A stretch of DNA of 64,000 nt from Candidatus Woesebacteria bacterium (GTDB lineage: Bacteria > Patescibacteriota > Microgenomatia > UBA1400 > UBA12028). The notes below the pieces were generated by a model. It was not told where the DNA came from and ran no database searches. It saw only the letters and a program-made list of their open reading frames with translations. Both the position numbers and the translations under genes were made by a program. The stretch is from NCBI GenBank assembly GCA_040006915.1, contig JBDTWD010000001.1, positions 162,229 to 226,228 on the forward strand. Reading direction: 5' to 3'. Shown here piece by piece: positions 48,570 to 59,047 of the stretch (positions are counted from its first letter, which is position 1; every line of letters starts with the position of its first letter).

Positions 48570-51440
48570 ATGGCGAAAAGATATTGGTTCATCTTAGGTA
48601 TACTGCTTTTAAGTATTGTTTTTGTGTTGATTTTTGTACTCCTTTCCAAGTTACGGACACAAAATCAAGACGTTCGTTCTCAGGCACAAGGTCTTCTTCA
48701 AAGTCCAAAATCTACACCTGCTCTCTTTCCCAATGCGACACCAAGTATATTGACCGCTACTGAACCTTCACCTACTGCCACACCACTAGTCTTACCAATC
48801 CAAAAAGTACTCACGACAGCTCAGGCAGCAACCTTTACTTTAAGTGGGACAGTCTTTATTGACGCTGATGGTGACTCTCTATGGGATTTAGATGAAAGTG
48901 GGTTTGACAGTGCAACTGTTACTTTAGTTGGGGGTGGTACACATACAACTACAACAAGTACGACAGGTAGATATACTTTTTCGGGATTGTCGGCAGGAAG
49001 TTATACAGTTTTACTTACCATCCCTTCAGGATACATGGTTACCACCAACAGTCTGACCAATCTGTACCTGACAGCTGACAGACGACATCATATTGGAGTC
49101 GAATTGATTCCAACTACAAGCACACCTGGTTCAACCTCCACGTCAACACCAACTCCAACACCTGTTCCTACTCCCACTCCCACCCCGACTCCAAATCCTA
49201 ATCAAGCTCAATATTATGTCTCCCCGACTGGGAGTGATTCTGCAGATGGATCACAGAGTACTCCATATCTCACAATCCAGAGAGCAGTGACTGTTTCTAA
49301 ATCAGACTTATTGCCTGGAGCAGTTATTCACGTCCTTCCTGGAACATATAGAGAATCGGTCGCCCTAACTGCCGTTAGCGGCACATCTTCAGCTCCAGTG
49401 GAAATCAAAGCTGAAAACGGTCCCGAGACAGTTTTCGTTTTAGGTTCGGAGAGTTCACAAGATTCCCGCATTACTTGGGCGCAAGCTGATGGAGGAATAT
49501 CTTTCCCTAGTGGCGTGTCTTCCCATATCTACAGAGCGGACGTTTCGGTATGGAATGCTACCCCTGAACTTGCCTACGACAATGATTCCACACCTGAACG
49601 ACTTCCCAAAGCCCATGAACCAGATTTTGGTGTCACCACCGCATGGAAATATCATCAAAACTGGTGGAAAGCCGATGGGAAGACAATTTCAACTTTAGAT
49701 ACACTCATAGACGCCACAAATGATATACCAGGTTCTTACCCTGAAGCAGCTGCCAGTGCGGGAAACTTGGGCAGCATCAACGGGTTTACATCTGATTTCT
49801 TGGCTGGTGCACGGATCTTTTTGAAAGATACCTATGATGGTCATGATTCTTTAACTGCAACTATTTCAGCTCACACTGCTTCGACCGGAACGATTCAATT
49901 TTCATCGGCAGTGACCTACTATGATGGAACTGCAGCAGCTGGCCAATATGCCAAATATTACATTGAAGGAAAACCACAACTTTTAGATACTGCCGGAGAA
50001 TGGTATTACGATTCAGCCACCCACTATCTCTACATCTGGCCACCTGGAGATACGAACCCAAATACCCAAGATTTAGAATTTGCGGTACGTAATACTGCGT
50101 TCTCTATTAATAGAGGTGTATACATCACGCTCAAAGATTTAAATCTGCAGTTTACCAACCATGCATATAGCGGCGTTACTGGTCCAGATGGAGCGGTCAG
50201 ATTTTTTGGCTTTAGTACAGACATATCAAATCATATTACTCTAGATGGGCTCCATGTGGCCTACAATGGAATCGGATTGCGACTGTATCAAAGCAATGCG
50301 CTGAGTTCATCGATTGGAATGTTAAGTTATGTAACAGTCCAAAACAGCACCATAGAGGATGCCGATGGCTACGGCATGGTTGTTTGGCCTTTCCCGCGAA
50401 CCGCACCACAAAATCCACCCATCAACCATATCTGGCTTGAGAACAATGAATTCGGACATTTAGGCTTTCGCTGGGATGGTGAAGGTATCCTCATGCAGTA
50501 TCCAGAAAAAATCGTGGCGATCAATAATTATGTGCATGATACGGGACATAATGGTTTCCATATCCAACAAGGAAAAATGACTGGTGATTCGTATGTCTAC
50601 ATTGCCAATAATCTGTTTGATGCCAACTGTTATAACGGATCAGATTGTGGTGGCATGAAACTGTCCGATGCGACAAACGGAACAGGAAGTAATACAAACT
50701 TTGTGAGTCACAATATCTTCAGAGGTACCAAAGGTTGGTCGTATGCCAGTGAAGTGCAAAACCAGCATAATTCGCCGTCAGGATATGGTTACTATGGATT
50801 TGGATACTACTCAGATGTGGAGCTGAATACCGATCCGTTGCTTGGATGTGGAATCATTCTGTTTCGAAATATTTCTCAAAACAATTCTGCAGACGGTGTC
50901 CACTTCACTCGCAGTCGAGATCAATGCGTTTTCAATACTCTCTTTACTCAAAATGGGACCGGGATTCAAATGAACAACTATGCTCCCACAACCGATGGCA
51001 GCTTTGGCAACATTCTTCGTGGAAATATTTTCCATTTTACCGAGGGTACTAATTCCACCGCTGCTAATATATATGGAGTCAATTCTCATATAGATCAAGC
51101 CGATGAAGGTCAGATGGAAGTAAATCGAAATATCTACCAAATGTCAGGAACACATGCTTTTGACATGTATAAGCAAGATATTGGCAATACACACATCGGA
51201 ACCTTCACCACTGTCGGACAAATCCAATCAAATACTCCTTGGGAAGACAATGGGAGTGATGTTACCGGCGGAACTGTTGGTCTGACAACTGAAGATCATT
51301 ATGATATCTCCAGTATTGAGTCCACTTTTGGTATAAGTAGTGTCACTGTTCCAGCCGAGGCAAGTACGACTATTAATGCTCTGCAAACTGAATATGGCAT
51401 CACGATTAGCAATGGAACCAACGTTGGGAGAATTCCATAA
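48570..51440 (+). CDS. Large surface protein, paralogue 2 of the beta-helix family (N-terminal TM anchor, one SdrD/Cna-B-like domain, DUF1565 beta-helix)
   Basis: GTVFIDADGDSLWDLDESGF. YYVSPTGSDSADGSQSTPYLTIQRAV. Same conserved blocks as 40864..44535 (HVLPGTYRE, WKYHQNWWKADG, NCYNGSDCGGMKL, FRGTKGWSYAS). Confidence 0.7.
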   Translation: MAKRYWFILGILLLSIVFVLIFVLLSKLRTQNQDVRSQAQGLLQSPKSTPALFPNATPSILTATEPSPTATPLVLPIQKVLTTAQAATFTLSGTVFIDADGDSLWDLDESGFDSATVTLVGGGTHTTTTSTTGRYTFSGLSAGSYTVLLTIPSGYMVTTNSLTNLYLTADRRHHIGVELIPTTSTPGSTSTSTPTPTPVPTPTPTPTPNPNQAQYYVSPTGSDSADGSQSTPYLTIQRAVTVSKSDLLPGAVIHVLPGTYRESVALTAVSGTSSAPVEIKAENGPETVFVLGSESSQDSRITWAQADGGISFPSGVSSHIYRADVSVWNATPELAYDNDSTPERLPKAHEPDFGVTTAWKYHQNWWKADGKTISTLDTLIDATNDIPGSYPEAAASAGNLGSINGFTSDFLAGARIFLKDTYDGHDSLTATISAHTASTGTIQFSSAVTYYDGTAAAGQYAKYYIEGKPQLLDTAGEWYYDSATHYLYIWPPGDTNPNTQDLEFAVRNTAFSINRGVYITLKDLNLQFTNHAYSGVTGPDGAVRFFGFSTDISNHITLDGLHVAYNGIGLRLYQSNALSSSIGMLSYVTVQNSTIEDADGYGMVVWPFPRTAPQNPPINHIWLENNEFGHLGFRWDGEGILMQYPEKIVAINNYVHDTGHNGFHIQQGKMTGDSYVYIANNLFDANCYNGSDCGGMKLSDATNGTGSNTNFVSHNIFRGTKGWSYASEVQNQHNSPSGYGYYGFGYYSDVELNTDPLLGCGIILFRNISQNNSADGVHFTRSRDQCVFNTLFTQNGTGIQMNNYAPTTDGSFGNILRGNIFHFTEGTNSTAANIYGVNSHIDQADEGQMEVNRNIYQMSGTHAFDMYKQDIGNTHIGTFTTVGQIQSNTPWEDNGSDVTGGTVGLTTEDHYDISSIESTFGISSVTVPAEASTTINALQTEYGITISNGTNVGRIP

Positions 51441-51467
51441 GCCTCTCTACTAGTGTAGTATGAATAT

Positions 51468-53993
51468 ATGCGCCGTTTGATTATTCTTTTTATCGTAGTT
51501 TGTACTTTGTTGGGAATCGGGGTTTCCGTGTCCAGAGCCGTGACCGCTGATCAAATTTGTAAAGCAGATATCAATCAGGATGGAACCGTTAATTTGTCTG
51601 ACTACACGACTCTTATTGCCAACTTTTTAAAAACCCCTCTAACAAATTCACGCGCCGATATTACTGGAGACGGGGCAGTTAACCTCAGCGATTATTCTAT
51701 CCTTGTCGGTTCTTTTTTGCTCACTTGTACTCCAAGCACTCCAGCTGCTACAACCAAACCTCCTGTAACGGGAGCTGGGCACTACTATGTGTCGCCAACA
51801 GGTAATGATTCAAATGTCGGAACTGCTGCTGCTCCTTTTAAAACCATTCAAAAGGCCGTTAATATAACCAAGTCTGATTCCTCAACGGGAGCAACCATTC
51901 ATGTTTTACCAGGGACTTACCGCGAGACAGTAACACTCGATAGCGTCAAAGGTAGTAGTAGTGAGCCGGTCACAATTGTTGCTGAAAATGGCCAAAATAC
52001 TGTCTACATCCAAGGATCACAAGTTTCTTCAGCATTAAGCTGGTCCAAAGGAACAGATGGACTTTCATTCCCCAGTGGCGCCTCCTCCCATATCTATGTC
52101 GCAGATGCGTCAAGCTTTGGAGCAACTCCAGAACTTGCATATAACGCCACTGGAACCGTTACTCGCCTTCCCAAAGCACACGAACCCGATTGGAACGTAA
52201 CCACGGAGTGGAAGTACCACGAAAACTGGTGGAAAGCCGATGGACCAGAAGGATCTTCACAAAACACTCTTATTGATACAACCACTGACCCCTCAGGTTC
52301 ATATCCGCAAGCCAGTGAACTTTCTGGAAACTTAAAAAATATTAATGGCTTTACCGGAAGTTTTCTTACTGGAGCTCGTTTATTCTTCAAAGATAGCGAT
52401 ACCGGACATGACACATATAGTGTTCCAATTACTGGTCATGATGCTGGCTCGGGAAAGATTACCCTCGAAAAATCATTTGCATACAATGGGAAACCAGCTG
52501 TCGGAGCACAAACGAAATATTTTGTTGAAGGTGCTCCTCAACTGCTCGATACACCAGGCGAATGGTACTACAATCCCTCTTCCAAAAAACTGTACATTTG
52601 GCCACCATCAGATACGAACCCTGCATCGCTTAAACTCGAATTTGCTACTCGTATGAACGCCTTTGCCATCACAAAGAGCGCGTATGTCACGTTAAAGAAT
52701 CTCAATCTTCAATACACGAATTACGGATATGGATTATCTACCGGTCCAGAAGGAGCAATTCGCTTCTCAGGGTTTGATGATAGTCAAACAAACCATATTA
52801 CGCTTGATGGATTACATATTCTCCATAATGGAGTCGGGCTACGTTTGTATCAGTCAAACGGATCGACCACATCAACGGGATCGCTGAGCTTTGTAACCAT
52901 TAAAGATACTGTTGTTGATGACAGCGATGGATATAGTTTAATGGCCTGGCACGGTCCTGTCCCTGCTCCGACTGCATTTATTCATAACCTCTGGATTGAG
53001 AACAGTGAGTTTGGCCACGCAGGATATCGTGGTTCGGGGTTTGGAATTTTCATGCAACATACGGAAAAGATCGTCTTTATCAACAATTACTTACACAATT
53101 CCGCACACAATGCCTTTGAGCTTCAAACTGGAAAATCTTCAGGAAACACGATGTTACTTGCAATGAATAATCTCTCAGAAAATAATTGCTATAACGGCAG
53201 CGATTGTGGAGCCTTTAAAATTTATGATCCAAGCGATGGAAATGGAGGCCGCAATATCTTGATTATGAACAATATTTTCCGTGGTACTAAAGGATGGTCA
53301 TATGCCAATGAGGGAAAAGGAAAAGGAAATACTTTCCAAGGAATTGGTTATGAAGGGAGCGGCTATTACTCTGACGGTTCGAAGAGTTCCTCATCTGGAA
53401 TTTGTGGGGTAACGTTATATCGAAATCTCATTTATGGGAATTCTGAAGGTGGAGTGCACTTAACGAGTAGTAGAGATCAGTGTCTATTCAATAATGTCAT
53501 CGCCCAAAATGGACACGGGATCGTTATGAATAACTATTCGCCATACACGGATGGAAGTTTCAGTAACAAAGTGATCGGGAATTTACTTTTCCTTGCTGAA
53601 CCAAGCAATCCTACCAATTTTAAATCCTATGGAATTACCTCTCGCATCAACAAGGCCGATGAAGGAAAACTTACAGTGGATAAAAACGTATATCAAATAA
53701 CAGGAAGTAATAGCTTTGATATGTTCAGGCAAGAACTATCGTACTCTGGCTCAATGACCTGGAAAACAGCTCAAAACATTAAGGATAATTCCTTATTTGA
53801 AGACGGAGGTAAAGACGTGTCTGGAGCCTCATTCTCAATCGGAAATCCAACGAAATATGATGTTTCCAGTACAGAGAAGTTGTTTGGAGTAAGCTCTGTA
53901 TCGGAACCATCTGAAGTTCAAACTATTATCGACGCACTACAGAAAGAATTTGGACGAGCAATCTCCAATAATACTACCGTTGGACGTCTTTAG
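51468..53993 (+). CDS. Large surface protein, paralogue 3 of the beta-helix family, with N-terminal dockerin-like Ca-binding repeats
   Basis: Signal peptide. Two DxNxDGxVNLSDY repeats (DINQDGTVNLSDYTTLIANFL / DITGDGAVNLSDYSILVGSFL) that are dockerin type I-like. Then YYVSPTGNDSNVGTAAAPFKTIQKAV and the shared beta-helix blocks. Confidence 0.7.
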   Translation: MRRLIILFIVVCTLLGIGVSVSRAVTADQICKADINQDGTVNLSDYTTLIANFLKTPLTNSRADITGDGAVNLSDYSILVGSFLLTCTPSTPAATTKPPVTGAGHYYVSPTGNDSNVGTAAAPFKTIQKAVNITKSDSSTGATIHVLPGTYRETVTLDSVKGSSSEPVTIVAENGQNTVYIQGSQVSSALSWSKGTDGLSFPSGASSHIYVADASSFGATPELAYNATGTVTRLPKAHEPDWNVTTEWKYHENWWKADGPEGSSQNTLIDTTTDPSGSYPQASELSGNLKNINGFTGSFLTGARLFFKDSDTGHDTYSVPITGHDAGSGKITLEKSFAYNGKPAVGAQTKYFVEGAPQLLDTPGEWYYNPSSKKLYIWPPSDTNPASLKLEFATRMNAFAITKSAYVTLKNLNLQYTNYGYGLSTGPEGAIRFSGFDDSQTNHITLDGLHILHNGVGLRLYQSNGSTTSTGSLSFVTIKDTVVDDSDGYSLMAWHGPVPAPTAFIHNLWIENSEFGHAGYRGSGFGIFMQHTEKIVFINNYLHNSAHNAFELQTGKSSGNTMLLAMNNLSENNCYNGSDCGAFKIYDPSDGNGGRNILIMNNIFRGTKGWSYANEGKGKGNTFQGIGYEGSGYYSDGSKSSSSGICGVTLYRNLIYGNSEGGVHLTSSRDQCLFNNVIAQNGHGIVMNNYSPYTDGSFSNKVIGNLLFLAEPSNPTNFKSYGITSRINKADEGKLTVDKNVYQITGSNSFDMFRQELSYSGSMTWKTAQNIKDNSLFEDGGKDVSGASFSIGNPTKYDVSSTEKLFGVSSVSEPSEVQTIIDALQKEFGRAISNNTTVGRL

Positions 53994-54598
53994 CGTCGCA
54001 CAAAACGTTTTCTGTTCCAAATAAGGAATAAGAAGATTCCCGCTAATGTGATGAGTGCTAACACACCGGGAGCATTATTAATGTACGAAAGAATTGCCTG
54101 CCAGTTCGCTCCAAACATAAATCCTAAAGAAACGTAAATACTTGCCCACATGCATTCTCCTACCAAAGAACAGATCATAAATTTCTTCATTGAATATCTC
54201 TTCATTCCTGCTAACACATTCATTGGTACTCCTAAAGGTGTCACCAGCCAGCGAGAAAAAAAGATGCCTGCCGTTCCCCATTTTCGGAAAAATACGTCCA
54301 CTCCTCGTAAAATAGGGCGAGTCAAACCAAACTTATGCCCATGTTTCTCAAGAGTTCTCACATCAATACGTTGACCCACGTAATAGGCGAAGACATCACC
54401 AATCACGGCTGTTATTGTAATCAATATGATCAATGTAATTACATTTAATGAACCATCAGCACTAAAGGAGCCCGCAGCCAGTAAGATTGAGGTAACGGGA
54501 ACAGGAAGTCCTAAGGAACCAGCTGCTACAGCAATCACCACCACAGGATACCCATAAACTAAAAGTAAGGTAAGAATGGCAGAGAGAAATTGGTTCAT
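53990..54598 (-). CDS. DedA/TVP38-family membrane protein
   Basis: FFSRWLVTPLGVPMNVLAGM and the overall TM pattern match DedA. Confidence 0.65.
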   Translation of the reverse strand: MNQFLSAILTLLLVYGYPVVVIAVAAGSLGLPVPVTSILLAAGSFSADGSLNVITLIILITITAVIGDVFAYYVGQRIDVRTLEKHGHKFGLTRPILRGVDVFFRKWGTAGIFFSRWLVTPLGVPMNVLAGMKRYSMKKFMICSLVGECMWASIYVSLGFMFGANWQAILSYINNAPGVLALITLAGIFLFLIWNRKRFVRR

Positions 54599-54957
54599 TG
54601 TGGAGTTGTTTGAAATGCCTTGATACTTTTTTTCACTGATTCAATAAAGTCAGCAGTGTTTTGTGAACGTTCTTTGGCTAGTTCTTTCAGATTCTTTTTT
54701 GACGAGTCTGCAGGATTGATGGCGAGACTCTCAAGCAGATAAGGAATGGGAATATCATATGTTCTCCCGATGTATGTAATCGTCATCCACTCCTGTACTA
54801 AGTCGACATTGGTCTGACGAGGAACGGGAATCGGACGTCGTCTGACTTGATGCGCTGTTTGGTATATTAGAAGGCCTGCCAAAACAATACAAATGAAGCT
54901 TAACAGAAGTAATACAATATGTGACTGAATATAGGTTGAGGGTTGTGTCTTTATCAT
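54595..54957 (-). CDS. Hypothetical membrane-anchored protein (120 aa)
   Basis: Single N-terminal TM helix. Overlaps the DedA start by 4 nt. Confidence 0.35.
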   Translation of the reverse strand: MIKTQPSTYIQSHIVLLLLSFICIVLAGLLIYQTAHQVRRRPIPVPRQTNVDLVQEWMTITYIGRTYDIPIPYLLESLAINPADSSKKNLKELAKERSQNTADFIESVKKSIKAFQTTPQ

Positions 54958-55124
54958 TCCTTTTCAGTATACAACTATCTTGAATCTGAATACCGATATG
55001 TTAATCATGACAGATGTATGTTACCCGAAAACCAAAAGGTTGAGAAAAGAAAGACTAGGAGAAATGCTACGAAATACTCCTACATCTTCCCCCCAAACCG
55101 CTACTTTTTTAGTACAATGAAATA

Positions 55125-55769
55125 ATGGACTCTCCCAAACCACACCTATGGCGTAATACCATACTTTTTGCTGGACTGATCTACGCACTATCTTCTGTCT
55201 ATGGAGTGTTGTATGTCCAGACCATTTCGATTGCAGTATGTAGTGAAGCGCTAGCTTTTACCGCCGGAATTTTAATCGGTAGCTCCTTCGTTCTTTCTAG
55301 CTTGACGTATTTTTTCAATTTCATGGATACCAAGTTAAAGTATCGAAAACAGCTAGGCTTACTCGGATATTATGTAGCCTTAGCGTACTCAATTACTTTA
55401 TTCCTTCGAAATGTAGATCACTACGGAACGCATGCTAGTACAAGTCTGGGTACGCGTGAAGCCTTGCTTGGACTCTCGGCGATGGCTATTTTGTCAATGA
55501 TGGCGATCATCTCTGGGAATTGGGCGATTAAGCTCTTGGGAAACCGCTGGAGAATGCTGCTTCGCACTGGGTATATTGCGTACATTCTCCTGATCATCCG
55601 TGCTTTCATTATTGAAGGAGGTTCTTGGCGTCAGTGGGCATTTTCTTTTATGTCATTGCCCCCTCCAAGACTCATTTTGAGTATCTTTGCACTTATAGTG
55701 ATCTATGCCAGAATCGGATTGGAAATTGCCCTGCGTTTAAAGAAAAAGCTCCCTACGCAACCGAAATAG
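55125..55769 (+). CDS. Hypothetical polytopic membrane protein (5-6 TM)
   Basis: 214-aa hydrophobic ORF. Confidence 0.4.
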   Translation: MDSPKPHLWRNTILFAGLIYALSSVYGVLYVQTISIAVCSEALAFTAGILIGSSFVLSSLTYFFNFMDTKLKYRKQLGLLGYYVALAYSITLFLRNVDHYGTHASTSLGTREALLGLSAMAILSMMAIISGNWAIKLLGNRWRMLLRTGYIAYILLIIRAFIIEGGSWRQWAFSFMSLPPPRLILSIFALIVIYARIGLEIALRLKKKLPTQPK

Positions 55770-58671
55770 TTTTGGCTGTGGGCAATGAAGATGCTATTTC
55801 TTTTGCATGTTTCGTGTTGGTTACAATGGCAACCACACCTTTGGTTTTGACAATCTCAAGAGTATTGGCAAAATCTGAAAAATCTCTGACGCTGGTTCGT
55901 AAAATTTGCTGCCTAATTCTTTGACGTTTCTCATCCGTCATCCCGATTAAGTATCGAGTAAGAGAGGCAAAACCTTTCGCATCCGGCAACATATAATGGT
56001 CAAAATCTGAAATCTGACCAATAATCGCTTTGCTTAACTCTTCATCAGACAATGTTGCCTCACGCAAGAAGCTCGTGGTGTGATCAAATACGTTGAGAGT
56101 TTCCTGCAAGTGTGGATCCCTGTACGAAGCAAACGTAAACAACCCCGTTAAAAAGTCGAAGCTACTAAACGCTCCGTACGCTCCCCCTTTCATTCGCACT
56201 TGTTCCCATAGCCATGAGGTACGTAAATACCGACTTATGACCAAACTGCTACCTGCAAAAGTGTAGCCATGAGCATACAGATCAGCACCTTTGGCAACGT
56301 AATTTACGGTAGTCGGAACGGTAAGAATTTCGTCCTGGTGAGCCGGTACAAATAGCCACTTCTCTGGCTGGTGACGCTTGGTTGGCAGAGACTGTAGGAG
56401 TTCTCTGGCAGTTGTAATCATTTTTGTTTTCACTTCAGGCTCTGAAGTGATATTGAAAATGACATTTTGATTACTGACAATGATCTCCCGAAGCTCATCG
56501 AGCTTCCCATGTATCGATTTCCAATCTTTTTTCACACTTTTGGCGAGTTTTCTAATGAAAAACAATTGTTCCACTCCCCCAAACTGTTCATCTAGCCAGT
56601 CACTTTCATGTAATTGTGCTTGAATCCTGGATGCCGCATAGTGATGTCCATCTTCGAGTACAGATGTCTCAAAGTTGGTTTTCTCTTCAAGAACCATCTG
56701 CATGAAACGTTCTTGGTTGTCGAAGTTTGCATGCAAAAGAGCGTCAAGAAGAATATTCACTGCTTCAGATTTTTGATGAGGGAGCCATTTGGAACGCACA
56801 AACAATTTTGAAATTGTTTCTTTACCGTCAATAGCACTCGCAGTGAACAGCGCAGTCCATACTCCGCCTGTCCCTCTGGACTGTCTGTGCAAGAAATCTT
56901 CGAATGACTCAGTGGCGGTACCCATCTCCAAAAGACAGCGAGTAAAAAGTGGAACATAGGACAGAAGATTCTCTGGGATCGCAGATAAATCAAATCCCAT
57001 ATCGAAATAGATAATGCCATTGGTTGGCAAATCATGGGTAACAATACTGCTGTTCCCATCTTTAAGAATATCAATTGGAATACTGACGTTTTTCTGTTCA
57101 AGATCAGTCAGTGCTAATCTAGGGAGTGTCGCTAAAGCCTCTTTTGAATCAGCCTTAATTTGCAATTCCATTAGTTTCTTGGTCTGGGTACGAATATTCT
57201 CTTGTTCCTCTTTTGAAAGTGATTTGATTCGAAGTTTAATATTTTTCTTCTCTTGAGCTTCTCGTTTGCTGTTCCACTTTGTGTCAGGATCCATGATCAC
57301 TGTTGAACGATGAGTATTCTCCAACAGGTAAGTCGTAATAAGACGTTCAAAAACCTTATCTCCTTTTTTTAATTCTGCTTTCAGCTGTGCTAATGGTTTC
57401 TCAAAAGCCAAAGCAATGATTGGGTCTCCCCCATACAACCACGATGTTAAGGCTCCGTACAGAAGCGACAACCCTCGCGGGAAAGAGCCCGTGTTTTGTT
57501 CTCTGGCACGAAACTCTACCGTATTCATTGCGCTATCAATTGCTTTCTGATCGATTCCGTTTTTGACTAGATCTTGCAAGGTTTTAAGAATCAGTCGTTC
57601 TACTTTCTTGGCTTTTGCTGAATCCATTCCTTTCAAACCGATACTAAAAATCATTTGCTGCAAATCTGATTCGACTCCTCCACCGGCAATATCTTCACCA
57701 ATACCAGAGTCAATCAAGGCTTTACGCAAAGGAGCAGCAGCTGTGCCAGTTAATATGGTAGATAGAATTCGAAGCCTCATTCCTATCTCTATTTCTGTTG
57801 ACTTCTCTAGAACCCAGTTTACAGTCATCATGCCTTTTTTCTTGGGATCATCGTCGTTTGAAATTGAAACTGGAGCATGGACTGTAATTGGACTTTTAAA
57901 AGTTGTCTGCACTGGGATGACAGAATCTATGTCCTGAAACTCAAACTGAGAGAGATATTCTTCAATTAATTTCAATCGTTTCTCTTCGGGATCGTTTCCA
58001 GAAAAGAAAATGAATGAATTAGAAGGATGATAATATTTCTTGTGGAAAGCCAAGAAATCTTCATACCGTAAATTGGGAATTTCTAAAGGATCTCCACCTG
58101 AATCATGCACGTATGACGTGTCAGGCAGAAGCGACGCTTGCGTCGTATCCCACAGGGCTCGATCCGGAGAATTGTAAGCACCTTCCATCTCATTAAAAAC
58201 AATGCCTTTGTATTCTACTGGATCTGCAGGTTTTTCTTGATGCAGGTGCCAGCCCTCCTGCATGAGTGTTTCTTTGGACAGATTAGGGAAAAAAACTGCA
58301 TCTAAGTAGACGCCAACCAAGTTGTAAAAATCTTTTTCATTCGTACTGGCAACTGGATAGGAGGTTTTATCGGGATAGGTAAAAGCATTTAAAAAGGTGT
58401 TGAGCGATCCTTTGACAAGCTCAATGAACGGTTCTTTCAGTGGGTACTTTTTGGAACCACATAACACACTATGTTCGAGGATGTGAGCAATACCACTGGA
58501 ATCCGGAGGAGGGGTACGAAAGGTAATCCCAAACGATTTGTTTTCATCCGCATTTTCAAGAGAGAGAATTTGTGCACGCGTATGATCATGAACATACAGA
58601 GTGGCTTTAGTGTGAAGTTCAGGAATTTCCTGGGTATGAAGTATTGAAAACCCGGGAACTTTCTTTTTCAT
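55753..58671 (-). CDS. M16-family zinc metallopeptidase (pitrilysin/PreP-like, about 970 aa)
   Basis: Inverzincin HxxEH motif in HILEHSVLCGSKKYP. The length and four-domain layout resemble M16C presequence-protease-like enzymes. Confidence 0.8.
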   Translation of the reverse strand: MKKKVPGFSILHTQEIPELHTKATLYVHDHTRAQILSLENADENKSFGITFRTPPPDSSGIAHILEHSVLCGSKKYPLKEPFIELVKGSLNTFLNAFTYPDKTSYPVASTNEKDFYNLVGVYLDAVFFPNLSKETLMQEGWHLHQEKPADPVEYKGIVFNEMEGAYNSPDRALWDTTQASLLPDTSYVHDSGGDPLEIPNLRYEDFLAFHKKYYHPSNSFIFFSGNDPEEKRLKLIEEYLSQFEFQDIDSVIPVQTTFKSPITVHAPVSISNDDDPKKKGMMTVNWVLEKSTEIEIGMRLRILSTILTGTAAAPLRKALIDSGIGEDIAGGGVESDLQQMIFSIGLKGMDSAKAKKVERLILKTLQDLVKNGIDQKAIDSAMNTVEFRAREQNTGSFPRGLSLLYGALTSWLYGGDPIIALAFEKPLAQLKAELKKGDKVFERLITTYLLENTHRSTVIMDPDTKWNSKREAQEKKNIKLRIKSLSKEEQENIRTQTKKLMELQIKADSKEALATLPRLALTDLEQKNVSIPIDILKDGNSSIVTHDLPTNGIIYFDMGFDLSAIPENLLSYVPLFTRCLLEMGTATESFEDFLHRQSRGTGGVWTALFTASAIDGKETISKLFVRSKWLPHQKSEAVNILLDALLHANFDNQERFMQMVLEEKTNFETSVLEDGHHYAASRIQAQLHESDWLDEQFGGVEQLFFIRKLAKSVKKDWKSIHGKLDELREIIVSNQNVIFNITSEPEVKTKMITTARELLQSLPTKRHQPEKWLFVPAHQDEILTVPTTVNYVAKGADLYAHGYTFAGSSLVISRYLRTSWLWEQVRMKGGAYGAFSSFDFLTGLFTFASYRDPHLQETLNVFDHTTSFLREATLSDEELSKAIIGQISDFDHYMLPDAKGFASLTRYLIGMTDEKRQRIRQQILRTSVRDFSDFANTLEIVKTKGVVAIVTNTKHAKEIASSLPTAKTISVA

Positions 58672-58684
58672 GGAACTGCCTCAT

Positions 58685-59032
58685 TTATGCTTGGACTTTA
58701 GTGCCGTTGATTTTCTTTTTAATCTTCATAGCTTGGCGACCGATACGATCACGCATATAGAAGAGCTTGGCACGTCGTACATCACCTTTAGCGAGAATTT
58801 CAATGTTACCTAATGCTGGAGATCCTACTGGAACAATACGTTCTACACCGATTCCGCCGGCAGCAATTTTACGGATAGTAAACGCTTTTCCAGCTTCTCG
58901 ATTATCAACAGCGATAATAATTCCTTCAAACATCTGTTGTCGAGTCTTGTCACCTTCGGCAACATTGAACGCAACACGGACGGTATCTCCAACTGAGACT
59001 TCTTGGTTGTTATAGGTAAAGTACTTGGCCAT
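58685..59032 (-). CDS. rplS: 50S ribosomal protein L19
   Basis: GDTVRV ... GDVRRAKLFYMRDRIG is the L19 signature. Confidence 0.9.
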   Translation of the reverse strand: MAKYFTYNNQEVSVGDTVRVAFNVAEGDKTRQQMFEGIIIAVDNREAGKAFTIRKIAAGGIGVERIVPVGSPALGNIEILAKGDVRRAKLFYMRDRIGRQAMKIKKKINGTKVQA

Positions 59033-59047
59033 AGAGGGGTTATTTTA

